Shown in pieces: positions 1 through 11,306 of a stretch of DNA of 64,000 nucleotides. The translations under genes were made by a program, and so were the position numbers. Numbering within the stretch: position 1 is the first letter of the stretch; each line of letters opens with the position of its first letter. Below the pieces are notes generated by a model. It worked only from the letters and a program-made list of their open reading frames with translations. It did no database searches and had not been told where the DNA came from. The stretch comes from Amoebidium appalachense. Its lineage: Eukaryota > Protista > Ichthyosporea. The stretch covers positions 2,858,606 through 2,922,605 of the forward strand of contig CAVNZM010000003.1 of NCBI GenBank assembly GCA_963693365.1, written 5' to 3'.

Positions 1-593
1 CTTTCAATTCTTTCCGTGTTCTTAGAGGTGGGCTGGCCACTTCAAACTTGTCGATGTGTATGTATTCTAAGCCTGACAAAGAAAGATGTGCCTATCATCG
101 TGGTAAAAAGGATTGTGATCGGCCATGGCAGATTCTTGGGGTAATTGAAAGATGTGAGATTCTTGAACTGATTGAAAGATGTGAGATTCGAAGGATGCGA
201 GATTCTTGAACTGCGCGGTCGCCAATGTAAACAGTTGGCAATGTAAACGGTGTCCTGCCGCGGTCGCCAATGTAAACAGTTGGACTAGTTAGGATAAGGC
301 AGAGTACAACTGAATCAAAATAAAGACAGAGAACGGGTAGAAAGGCACACGCGGCCAGGTTGCTTTTACTATTAAGGGATACGGGATCGCGCGGCTCGAA
401 TACTTTCTGGCGCCGCTCAGATCGATATCTATCTGGATTGAGTGGGCTTGATCTGCCTATTGGGCACCTAAGATCGTGTGGCCGAGCTATACCATGTACA
501 CACGGCATGCCACACACGTGTCCGGACAAAACTGCGCTGCACATTTTTCATGAAGGCGGGTTGTTTTCTAAATATATATGATAGGCACTCACA

Positions 594-914
594 ATGCTAA
601 CTTGCGCGGCTAACTACTGCAAAAATGACGAAGAAACAGTCTCTCCCAAAGATCCTACCAGGAAGATAAAGCTTTTTACTGTTCCATATGGATGCAAACC
701 AAATGTATTGGCTAGGAGGCATGCTTGGTTAAATGCTATAGGCAGGCAGGAGCAAACAAAGTATGAGCGGAAACAGCTGTTTAGCAATCAGGTGCAGATG
801 TCGATGGTAGGCACCCATTGGATGGTAGCTAAGGCTGTGGCTTTCTTGTGTAACATGCAAGAGCCACTATATAAGGATATGGTGGGGCCCAGGCACACCA
901 AAAGCATGGTGTAG
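594..914 (+). CDS. Internally deleted THAP/DDE_Tnp_4-type transposase (106 aa mini-ORF)
   Basis: N-terminus MLTCAANYC...LFTVP...RRHAWLNAIGR matches the first half of a THAP domain. C-terminus LFSNQVQMSM...VAKAVAFLCNMQEPL resembles the ISL2EU/Harbinger transposase tail (IL..vP.....i..VC..L.Nlq.PL). There is no THAP CxxHF and no DDE core. Confidence 0.6.
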   Translation: MLTCAANYCKNDEETVSPKDPTRKIKLFTVPYGCKPNVLARRHAWLNAIGRQEQTKYERKQLFSNQVQMSMVGTHWMVAKAVAFLCNMQEPLYKDMVGPRHTKSMV

Positions 915-995
915 AATTTTCGTTTTCGATTGCCTCTCCCTAAAGCCCCCTTCTCTGCTTTTTTTTTTTTTTTTTTTTTTTTTGTCTTTTTTTTC

Positions 996-1045
<50 letters not shown>

Positions 1046-1234
1046 AAAATATGAATGAATGCTTGCATGTATGTATTCGGCCAGTAGGGCTCCACTTTTC
1101 CTGTATAGGTAAATAATAATAATAATTGAAATTATTATGTATTTGTGTGCCAAGTACAACCTTGAGTCGTTCTCCCCCCCCCCCCCCCCCCCCCTCCCCC
1201 CTTCACACACACACACAACCACGCACACACGGAA

Positions 1235-1235
<1 letters not shown>

Positions 1236-1309
<74 letters not shown>

Positions 1310-1310
1310 C
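1236..1310. repeat. (GCAC)n microsatellite with flanking poly-C/poly-G in the element's intergenic spacer
   Basis: Seen directly; a (GTGC)n tract occupies the equivalent position in element 2 (~62008-62050). Confidence 0.9.
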
Positions 1311-1366
1311 GGATTTGCACACACGCACGCATGCACGCCCCCCCCCCCCCCCACACACACACGTGT

Positions 1367-1403
<37 letters not shown>

Positions 1404-1674
1404 GTAGGCACTTATGCAAACACCAAGGGGGGAGGAGGGACCGGGGGGAGGGGGGGGGGGGGGGGGGGGGGTAGGAAACATATGCAGGCACCAGGGTCTG
1501 GTACATTGCTCTCAGATTTGACACACGGTCTTCATTCATTCATTATAGGTTCACTAGATCGGTCAGAAGATTACTAACCCCCCCCCCCCCCACACACACA
1601 CACACACACATTATGAAAGATAACGTAAACAAAAAAAAAAAAAAAAAAAAAAAAAGGAAGGAAGGAAAACAGAA

Positions 1675-2886
1675 TCATTCAGTTGCATTTTCAGTGTTCG
1701 TGTTCTTCTTCTTCTTCTTCCACTTTTTGTGGTTTTCTGCCCTGTATGATGGATACATTTGCATCATAAACTTTTCATTCCAGGTAAAACTATACTTGTG
1801 TCCAGTAGGGTCTATTTGCTGTACAAATGCACGGAGCCCTACAAGGTCAGGCTTGTATGATTGGGCCAATTCTTCTACACTTGGTCCTACTATCCGCCTC
1901 TTTTTCGTACCATCTACATATTGCATCTCTATAACCTCTTCACCCTCATCATTACGTGCCCTTTTAGTTTTCACCACGTCTGCAGTTCTGTACTCTTGCA
2001 CCAACACACGTGCAGGTTTCATTAAGAGCTCAGGTTTTGCTTCTCCCTTTGGTACTTTCCATTCACATTTTTTGGCCGTACATATGCCCTCAGTAAACTG
2101 CCATATCTCTTTCATGGCAATTAGTGACCAAACCAGACAACTACCATGCGAGCAACCAGCACTGGGACCAATAGTACACACACATTTTACCTCCACTATC
2201 TCTTTCACTTTGTTATCTTTCCCCACAATGAATTTAACAACACAGAAAAAGAACCCCTTCCGAAACGAGCGTTGCACCATACCCCGCCACCAGAAATGGC
2301 AGTCACCCTCCTCACAGCCCTCCGGAAGATCATGTTTTGGATAGCAAAAGCCAAGTGTGGTTGCATCGTGTATGTATGCGCGGGCGTGTCCCCGCTTTAT
2401 CGCTTGTGGGTTGTTCCGAGCCACAAGGACCGTCCCCCCTCCCACCTTCATCGTAACCTTTTTGTGCACGAAATAGTCTTCCAAAACCTGCCGGTCACAA
2501 ACGGGCATTTCCCTCTGCTGATCAGCAGGATTGTAATCCCAAATTTCCCCCCCTGCCATATTGTTAATTTCCTGCATCAAAGATTTGTTTTTTGCTTTCA
2601 GTTCTTCCGCCCGCAAGCCATCTTCATCGAGAATTTTCTCACCTGTGTGTCTATCAACCCGTCCGGTGACGTGTTTGTGCACCCCACCTTGACCATGTTG
2701 ATCCAAACGTAAAAAATTTTCAAGGGCCCCTTCGATAAATCTGTAAGCACGCAAACGCCGTGGCGATACCGACTGGGAGCCGCGGGGAATGGGCGTCAAA
2801 TAGTCCACCGTGGCACCCAAGCTCGTGTATTTGGGTGCCTGTACGTGATTGGCTGGTGCAAAAAAATAATGTTTGCCTTCACGCAT
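1675..2886 (-). CDS. SWIM zinc-finger module (C-terminal part of the transposon accessory protein)
   Basis: CVCTIGPSAGCSH fits the SWIM CxCx(n)CxH pattern; it is preceded by RGMVQRS and followed by CTAKKCEWKVP, the CT...W..P motif typical of ISL2EU ORF2 SWIM regions. Confidence 0.75.
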   Translation of the reverse strand: MREGKHYFFAPANHVQAPKYTSLGATVDYLTPIPRGSQSVSPRRLRAYRFIEGALENFLRLDQHGQGGVHKHVTGRVDRHTGEKILDEDGLRAEELKAKNKSLMQEINNMAGGEIWDYNPADQQREMPVCDRQVLEDYFVHKKVTMKVGGGTVLVARNNPQAIKRGHARAYIHDATTLGFCYPKHDLPEGCEEGDCHFWWRGMVQRSFRKGFFFCVVKFIVGKDNKVKEIVEVKCVCTIGPSAGCSHGSCLVWSLIAMKEIWQFTEGICTAKKCEWKVPKGEAKPELLMKPARVLVQEYRTADVVKTKRARNDEGEEVIEMQYVDGTKKRRIVGPSVEELAQSYKPDLVGLRAFVQQIDPTGHKYSFTWNEKFMMQMYPSYRAENHKKWKKKKKNTNTENATE

Positions 2887-4052
2887 GCCCCAACATAATC
2901 ATCTGGTACTTCCCCCTGCACCCCTTCCTCCTCCACGTCCATCTCTCCATTCTCCTCCTCTTCCTCCCCCTCCTCCTCTACAGCCCCGTTTTCATACGTT
3001 CCATGTTCGTATTCAAGATCCCACCACTCAACCTCTTCCTCCACTGCTTCACCTCCTTTCCGTCCGATTTCGACTCTTCCTGCCCGTTCGTCCCCACCCT
3101 GCTTGTTTTCTGTGCTTTTAACGGGCTTTTCCTTCCCTCTTTTCCCCTTTCTGACCCGTTGTATATGCTGGAGCAGATCTGTGAACACAACCCCCGCAGC
3201 TACCGGCCTTCCCTCGCGTCCCCAGGCCCGGCACGCCTCACTTACAGCTGCGTGCAAAGTGCCCATGCCGATTCCCCTGAGCTTTTTCACATAATCACAG
3301 CCATTCACAATAGCAAAATAACGCAGTATTTCTATATCCCATCCGTCGAAGTTGTACTTCGTGCTTCTGGTAAAAACATCGGCGGGGGTTACAATCACTC
3401 CGTACAGTTTGGGAATGCGCACCGCATTAGCGGTCCCAGGGATGACCGCCGCATCCGCAATGCGCAGTTTGTATACAACCCGCGGGATGTTATACAGAAG
3501 AAGGTCGGCATCCTCAGTGACAACAGTGTGTGCCAAACCGGTACGTGCCATATAGGCAAGCTGGGGGTCTGCTTCGTATGGAGCTACTGTGTAATCGACA
3601 TTCTCATCTTTCAGTCTAAGGATGATTGCATGTAAAACTCTGTTATCTAACTCTGCAGCGCTTCTCCATTTGTTTTTAGTTACCTCCTCCTGTTTCTCTC
3701 TTTTTGTGGCTATTTCTTGGCGGGCTTTGACCACCTTTTCTGCACGGTCGTTATCAACTAGTTTTCCCTCTTTCAATCTGCGCCCATCAAACACATAGTG
3801 TGGCTGGACCCCTGCTAGCCTATACGTATTAACTTTGGACATAAAGTGATTTGCAATAGCTGCATATGTGTCGTCTGTGACTTTTTTGTCATCTATTTGC
3901 TGTTTGGCTACTGTGTCAGCGAAAACTGAAAAGGACTTGTGGACCTGCACCATCCCGTCAAAAGCAACTACCCCACGTTGCAACTCTGCAGTAACATCTG
4001 TGGCTTTTTCGGCACTAATGCCGAGTGCTGGGAGCAAGCCCTGCACACCCAT
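2796..4052 (-). CDS. EXO1/FEN1/XPG-family (PIN-fold) 5' nuclease, transposon-borne
   Basis: MGVQGLL start, VAFDG, YVFDG, APYEADPQLAY, VTEDADLL, helix-turn-helix GCDY..KLRGIG and FLHQ; all canonical acidic catalytic positions are present. ATG at 4052. Confidence 0.92.
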   Translation of the reverse strand: MGVQGLLPALGISAEKATDVTAELQRGVVAFDGMVQVHKSFSVFADTVAKQQIDDKKVTDDTYAAIANHFMSKVNTYRLAGVQPHYVFDGRRLKEGKLVDNDRAEKVVKARQEIATKREKQEEVTKNKWRSAAELDNRVLHAIILRLKDENVDYTVAPYEADPQLAYMARTGLAHTVVTEDADLLLYNIPRVVYKLRIADAAVIPGTANAVRIPKLYGVIVTPADVFTRSTKYNFDGWDIEILRYFAIVNGCDYVKKLRGIGMGTLHAAVSEACRAWGREGRPVAAGVVFTDLLQHIQRVRKGKRGKEKPVKSTENKQGGDERAGRVEIGRKGGEAVEEEVEWWDLEYEHGTYENGAVEEEGEEEEENGEMDVEEEGVQGEVPDDYVGACVKANIIFLHQPITYRHPNTRAWVPRWTI

Positions 4053-4632
4053 GGTAAAAGTGCATGTATTCAAAGTAGTTTCTTTTCATGAAAAAAATTC
4101 TTTCGGGTTGTGCGCCCTCTGCGTTAACGTGCGAACACAAAACTCGTTGTACGGTGTGGGTGCGTAGCAACGCGTTACGTAATCAGGGGGAAAAAATGCG
4201 GCGCCAGAAAGAAATCGGGGACCACTCAAAATCGCCGATCCCGTATCCCTTAATGGGCCGACTCAGTCTGTCTCAGACTTCACTGATGTGATCCCCGTAC
4301 TGGGACGGCTTTTTTATATAGCCCCCAGGTTTCGGATCAAGGCCCAGGATTGGTTCATCCGCGGCCAGCGCGGGTGGCAACATGCCATTCGTGATTCTGG
4401 TGCGGTCCGAGCCAGCGAGTCAGACTTTCGTCCTATATATGCAAACCTCTTATTGGTCCACTTCGTTTATGTGGTATGCAGCAATAGAATCATATATGGT
4501 TCAATTCTTAGGTCAGAGTGAGTCCTATTGGTGCGGACATAATATTTATGTGATATTCATGACAAAGCACGAATCGTGTGCTAGTAGATCACATTCTTTA
4601 GTAAACATGTACAGTTCATGTGTACAGTTGTT

Positions 4633-5569
4633 TACAACTATAGGTACAGGTTTAGATGATAATGTAAATGTGTGTAAGTTGTTAGCTATATCAGGTACAA
4701 GAACACCACATTTGTCTATGTTAAGGATCATAAGGTTTGCCTTGCACCACTCTGACACTACATCGAACAATCTTTGCAGGCGTCTAGGGGTACGGGCAAG
4801 GAGGGACAGATCATCAGCATAGAGAAGTGCAGGCGGAAAGTTATTAATAGGGTCATCGTTTTCGGCATAAATCTTGACAGCCAAATCATCTATAAATAGG
4901 TTAAACAAAAAGGGGCTAAGCAATGAACCCTGCAAGAGACCTCTAGTACGAGCAAAACCATATGAAAGATGCCCATTAACCACAGCTCTACCATAGGTTT
5001 GAGACAAGAGTGCTTCTAACAAAACACCAATGCAGTGTGGTACACCCCGTGCAGCAAGCTTTTCCCATAGGAGACCAGGGGAGACAGAATCGTAAGCAGT
5101 TTTCCATCAATAAAGCCAACATATCGTGCACTATAGCTAACTTGCATAGAATCGTGCAGTGCCATTATTTGAACATAACATGAATTGTTTTTACGAAAAG
5201 CGGATTGGCATGGGTGTATGTGAAGAATAGATTGAAACCTAGGGTGATGTGCAAATAACCTAAGTAAGCAAGCTTCAAAGAATCTACGAACAACCTGGGT
5301 TAGTGTGATGGGGCGAAAGGATGATATGGGGCCCTCAGAGTCCTTCTTAACTATGGGGATCACTAAGGTATCTAACCAAGATGACGGGACATGTCCACAT
5401 TTAACACACCAAGAAAAAGAGAGAGCTTAACATGATAGTAAGATCACTGTTTAATAGCACGATTACTTTCCTTTTGTGGGTAGGACTCGGGAACAAGGAT
5501 TTTAAGAAACCCAGCAGGGAGTCCATCAGGTCCACAAGACTTACTAGAGCTATAACTAGATATCACAGA
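4633..5569 (-). pseudogene. Non-LTR (LINE) reverse transcriptase fragment
   Basis: FRPITL, QSAFR, QGSLLSPFLFNLFIDDL and LLYADDL motifs; frameshifted; near-identical to ~8931-9938. Confidence 0.9.
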
Positions 5570-6132
5570 CCAAAATACCCAAACCCAAAGCTAGATTTTA
5601 AACCCAGATGTCACGCGTGCGGCATGACCGCCGCTTCGCACTGCACGTCTATGTATTAAAAAATAAAAATAAAAGGTATACTATAATAAGGTATCACTGA
5701 AAAATATACATATACTTATGTTCCCTATTAATTATATATTTTTAAGCCGAAAGTGTACCAGAAATATACTTAAAATCTTAGTCCTTGGCGTTTTCTTGCT
5801 TCTTCTTGTTGTCGCTGAAGCATTTGGGTTTGGGTTTGGGAATCTAGAAGACCCCCCCCCCCCCCCCCCCCCCCCCTCTTCTACTTTCCTATCCCAAACC
5901 CAGATTTTGGACCGTCAAACCCAATTCACCTGCCTTATTTGGAAAAGATGTGCTATCAAAGAGGCGCTTTTCTCATAAGATTCAGGTGCTTGATGGTGAT
6001 CTATGGCATATCCGACCACGCGATCATTGGTAGCAGATTGAAGTGCAATATTTCACTATCCAATCGACCGACAATACTAGTATTAAACTTTGAATCTAGG
6101 AATCTGGGTTTGGGTTTGGGTATTGGGGTGGG
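5570..6132. mobile_element. Possible MITE-like relic with (AAACCC)/(GGGTTT) inverted subterminal motifs
   Basis: AATACCCAAACCCAAA...AGATT near 5571-5597 is inverted relative to AATCTGGGTTTGGGTTTGGGTATT near 6101-6124; it begins where the LINE copy breaks off. No clear TSD. Confidence 0.35.
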
Positions 6133-6229
6133 GTATAGTCGCCCAGTGACTTCAACGGGGTTTACGCTGTTTACTCGAGGCAAAGAGAGACCAGTCTCAA
6201 GTATGGGGGGGTTTTGCTCGGAATATCCC

Positions 6230-7295
6230 CTCAGCGGTATATCATGATCACTGTCGGGTGATGATTATATATCAGGGTTTACTTTCTCTACCAGACACCA
6301 TAAAGAGTTCGACGATTTTCTGAGGGTACTGCGCTGCGCACTTTGTTTCGTACTCGGTTTGTGCCTCCCTTAATCAGCCTGAGTATGTTTGGATCGTCGT
6401 CTGCTGTTTGTCGTATGGAGGAATTGTCTCTTCGTTTTTGTTTTCATTTAGTTAAGATACCTGATGGTCACCCTCATAAGTTATGCTTTCTTTCCCCCCC
6501 CCTCCCTCCATCCCTCTTCCCCCCCGATTCACCAACGCTACTTCTGAATGTCCTCAGCCTACCCTCTTTCAACCTGATTCTCCCTCTCGCTATCTCACTC
6601 CCTCTTTCTTTTCTCTTCCTGTTTTTTCTGCCTTTTCGCGTTATTACCATACACAGTACAAGTTTCTTTCTCGTTCTGATAGAAAAATCAAAGGTAAAAC
6701 TCAGTCGGCATGTGTTATGATCCTTAGGCAACACCGTACTGATCATTATCGCTTTTTGGGAGCTTTGGCAGGATATAGTATAATCTCCTGCTGTACGTAT
6801 GGATACCACCCTATAGTAGATAAGTCTGTATGGTGCTCTGATGTTGATATTGCCTGGGAAGTTGTGCAGTGGCGTTGTAATTTTTGTTTTCATCGCCGCT
6901 CGTGGCACTTTTGTACTGAACTTTTTAATCGCAAGCATGTTGATAGGTGTGAGTTTTTATGTCGCGTTTTACCTCTTTCCCTACGGGTGTCTGCTACACT
7001 GGCTGGCAATGTGACCACTTTAGAATCTTTGTTGAATTCTGTTGGCCGTTACATTGAGTATTTATATGATTTTCACACAGTGTTCAGGTATCTCAGTATG
7101 CACTGGCACTTGTTACTGGATAACTCGTGAAGTTTTTTTATTGTCTAAGTTCTCATTATGCCGTGCATACTTGCATATCTTTCCGTCGAATAAATCCAGT
7201 TAAAAGAAAAAATAATTTTTTTTTATTGTTTTCTCAGTATGCCGTGCATACTTGCATATCTTTCCGTCAAATAAATCCAGTTAAAAGAAAAAAAA
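6230..7295 (+). pseudogene. 3' part of a LINE ORF2 (post-RT region, Cys/His tail) with a duplicated AATAAA/A-rich tail
   Basis: RMEELSLRFCFHL and WRCNFCFH...FNRKHVDRC are homologous to 12960-13892; a ~65-bp direct repeat at ~7150-7212 / 7231-7295 ends in AATAAATCCAGTTAAAAGAAAAA. Confidence 0.6.
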
Positions 7296-7539
7296 AACCA
7301 TAAAGACTAAGAAATTTTTTCTATAATGAATTTATTGATGTGCTCATAGAAGGTGAAAAGGCGAGATAGCAGATATTCCGGGATAAAGAAAAAACCGCTC
7401 ATGAAAAGAAGATATCGGCCAAAAAAAAAAATACATGGTGCTTTAGATAACATCGTAAATCAATTAGTTGGGGTTCCCCGTTTTTTTTTTTTGTTTTTTT
7501 TTTTTCTCGGGCTCCCCTGGGACACTCGGTATCAGCTGG

Positions 7540-7815
<276 letters not shown>

Positions 7816-8499
7816 TAGAATTTTGTAATGATGTGTTTCTCAAGCCAATCAATACATCTAATAAACAGGTCATACGACGTTTCGCGTGTTTAGTATAAAA
7901 TCAAGGATGTTGTAATTTCTAGGTAGGCTATCTTTCTGGGTGTCTGTTGTGAATGTGACGTGTGTGTGTTGCGGTATTATGTGGTCTATCAAACTACATT
8001 TGGCGATACATGACCGGTTAAACTGGTGTGTGTGTGTGTTGTTTGGACAATATGCAAACGATGCCACCTTATACTTATTACGGATCTCCACTGTATAGCA
8101 CGTGTACAGTAAAAGCGTGGCCGATCAACAATACCATCAGCTAGAGAAAGACCAATTCTACAGGAAGGTAATATGTATTTAGGTGTTACACATTTGCGAG
8201 CGCCATATTTGGCAATATGGTTAAGGCGGTCATTATATATAACTTAACGAGACATAAGGCTTAGTTTTTCAAGGTAGTATGCCCTCATCGGGTCTGGTGT
8301 CGTGTGGTATCTTTTTCCATTTAATATATTGCGTAATTATCTTGTGATTGTGTACATGTCTGATAAAGTGGCAGTCCAAAGTCACACGCACACTTTTGCG
8401 GGGTTTATTTGTATTTGTGCCCGGGGCAAAAGGAGAGAGAGAGGGAAGGAAAGAGGGGAGAGGTGAGGAGGGGACAGGTCGGATAGAGAAGAGAGGGTG

Positions 8500-11254
8500 G
8501 GAGGGCAAGTACTTCTTTAAGCGGCTTATGTGCTTATTGAATTTCAGCCGCCGCGCGAGATGGGATACCCTAGCAGCTATTGGGACCAGACCATATGTCG
8601 AGCGAGAGCGTTACAGGCCCAGGTTTACAACAGTTGTTAGATAGAAAGGAGGCAACTTCTGCTTCAAGGAAATTTGCCAAGGGTTTAAGCGCTCTAGTTC
8701 TCTCTTTCTTGATCCAAGCGGCGAGAAGGGGTAAACCATATTCACATGCCGGGAAGACAAAAGTGCGAATAAATGTAAGTCTAATAGAAGGATGGAGGGG
8801 TGTGTCTTTAAAAATATTAGCCGAGATGAAAGTTACCGCTTACGAGCCAGCTCTACCATCTTTTCGACCATATGGGAAAACATAGCACCAACAGAATTAA
8901 CCGGAACACCAAGATATTTGTATTCTGGAACTATAATAGGTACAGGTTTAGATGATAATGTAAATGTGTGTAAGTTGTTAGCTATATCAGGTACAAGAAC
9001 ACCATATTTGTCTATGTTAAGGATCATAAGGTTTGCCTAAGGCTTGCACAAGGTACAAGAACACCACATTTGTCTACTGTTAAGGATCATAAGGTTTGCC
9101 TTGCACCACTCTGACACTACATCGAACAATCTTTGCAGGCGTCTAGGGGTACGGGCAAGGAGGGGCAGATCATCAGCATAGAGAAGTGCAGGCGAAAGTT
9201 ATTAATAAGGTCATCATTTTCGGCATAAATCTTGACAGCCAAATCATCTATAAATAGGTTAAACAAAAAGGGGCTAAGCAATGAACCCTGCAAGAGACCT
9301 CTAGTACGAGCAAAACCATATGAAAGATGCCCATTAACCACAGCTCTACCATAGGTTTGAGACAAGAGTGCTTCTAACAAAACACCAATGCAGTGTGGTA
9401 CACCCCGTGCAGCAAGCTTTTCCCATAGGAGACCAGGGGAGACAGAATCGTAAGCAGTTTTCCATCAATAAAGCCAACATATCGTGCACTATAGCTAACT
9501 TGCATAGAATCGTGCAGTGCCATTATTTGAACATAACATGAATTGTTTTTACGAAAAGCGGATTGGCATGGGTGTATGTGAAGAATAGATTGAAACCTAG
9601 GGTGATGTGCAAATAACCTAAGTACGCAAGCTTCAAAGAATCTACGAACAACCTGGGTTAGTGTGATCGGTCGAAAAGATGATATGGGGCCCTCAGAGTC
9701 CTTCTTAACTATGGGGATCACTAAGGTATCGCGGGTATCTAACCAAGATGACGGGACATGTCCACATTTAACACACCAAGGAAAGAGAGAGTTTAACATA
9801 ATAGTAAGATCAGGTTTAATAGCACGATCACTTTCCTTTTGTGGGTAGGAGGGAAAAAGGATTTTAAGAAACCCGGCACTGCCGGAAGTCCATCAGGTCC
9901 ACAAGACTTACTAGAGCTATAACTAGATATCACAGACCACATGGTATCGGGACTGAAAAAGGGGAGGATCGATTCTATGGGGATCATGATGGGTCTACAG
10001 GCCACACAATAGGTTTTTGAGCGGGGGTCCTATCTTTAAACAGTTCCGAGAAATACTTATCAGAGTCTATGAGGGGGTCTCCACTGGTATCACCAATAAT
10101 ACGAGCCTCCAGGGGGGCCAAATCGATTCATACTAGCAAGCCGGCGTAGTCTTTCCTTTTGAGACAGGGGCTCGCCTAGTCTAGCGGGAGTAGTGTTTGG
10201 TAACAAGAGAGCATCGGGATATTTCTTCCTACCACCACCAGCATAATCACCGAGATCTATTAAATCATCAACAATAAAGTTAGTGCATGTATCTAGTACG
10301 AGATGTGAATCTTGTCTGGCTTGTGGAGATTCTAATAGGCGCATATATATAGGGTGTTTCATTGCATAGCATACACATACATCAACTTTACCCCACTGTG
10401 ACTTGAGCTGGGATAGACGGAGGCGAAAGGTGGGAGGAGGGAGGAGGGAGCAGATCAAGGGAGATCTTAGGTAGGGAAAGGATAGGAGAGTGGTCAGATG
10501 ACCTAGTGTTGTTTTGTACGGGTCTAAGGGAGCAGAGTGCACAGAGGTGTCATGTAAAACACGACTAACACATTAAAGAGAGGGCAATCGGAGTTGTTCA
10601 CGAGACATTGAAAGATTCAAACAACAACTGATCCTTTTATTGTGCTCTCGGTTCTTTTTGTACTTGCGACTTATCATCTTATCACAACTAAAGAGGGAGA
10701 ACCAATCGGTTCTATCAGAAGATAGAAAAACATATTCCAACGTCCGATTCAGTAACTAAAGTATAGAAACTCTTACTTAAATAAATTAAGTAATTATACA
10801 TCTAGTCACTATTAACTCAGTGACACATATATATTTATACTCGTCTCTATAAAGAAACTCATTTAAATACATATATTTCCTAATAGTCGACACTCTCAAA
10901 GTGAAGACACATTGCAATAAACCGAATTCCATATGTATCTATTGTCCAATCACAACACATATATTAATAGACAGGAATGCACAACACGATCTACAGATGT
11001 ACTCGCTCGCGACTATTGGCGAGCCATCCTATTGAGAACAAAACTAAGCCATTTTGAAATAAAGGAAAGACAACGAATGTAGCTAGCCAACCACGCTACC
11101 TTTCAGATAAACAGAGCCGGGAGAGCAAACAGAAATAAAATACAACAAGTTCTTATCAGGCAAGAGAGCCAGGTGTGCACAGATCTACAGATATCTGTGC
11201 TCACAGAAACAAGGGAGAGAGAGATACGGGGGGGGGGGGGGGGGGGGGGGGGGG

Positions 11255-11306
<52 letters not shown>

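Larger units (their letters stand above)
373..4252. mobile_element. ISL2EU/Harbinger-like TIR DNA transposon, family 1 (non-autonomous; THAP mini-ORF plus EXO1-SWIM gene)
   Basis: TIR TAAGGGATACGGGATCG at 373-389 is the exact reverse complement of 4236-4252, with AT on both flanks (371-372, 4253-4254). An alternative reading is a TTAA TSD plus a 14-bp GGG-start TIR (376-4249). A second inverted motif CTTTCTGGCGCCGC lies at 403-416 / 4198-4211. Two convergent ORF units lie inside. Confidence 0.88.

Noticed and set aside
145-283. Short tandem repeats (GAAAGATGTGAGATTC; GCGGTCGCCAATGTAAACAGTTGG)
   Set aside because: Two to three copies at the window edge with no assignable function.
788-1577. 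Many ORFs with poly-Pro/Gly, HT/CV or ARTH repeats here and throughout the window
   Set aside because: These are translations of microsatellites and homopolymers.
2796-4052. Host EXO1 housekeeping gene or giant-virus FEN1 insertion
   Set aside because: It is enclosed by TIRs, attached to a transposon-type SWIM module and mirrored by a second TIR-bounded homologue; no viral hallmark genes are seen nearby.
372-4253. Kolobok or piggyBac assignment from the TTAA flanks
   Set aside because: Not excluded for element 1, but the sister element has an AT TSD supported by an empty site, and the transposase tail and SWIM module fit ISL2EU better; the ends are GGG, not piggyBac CCC.
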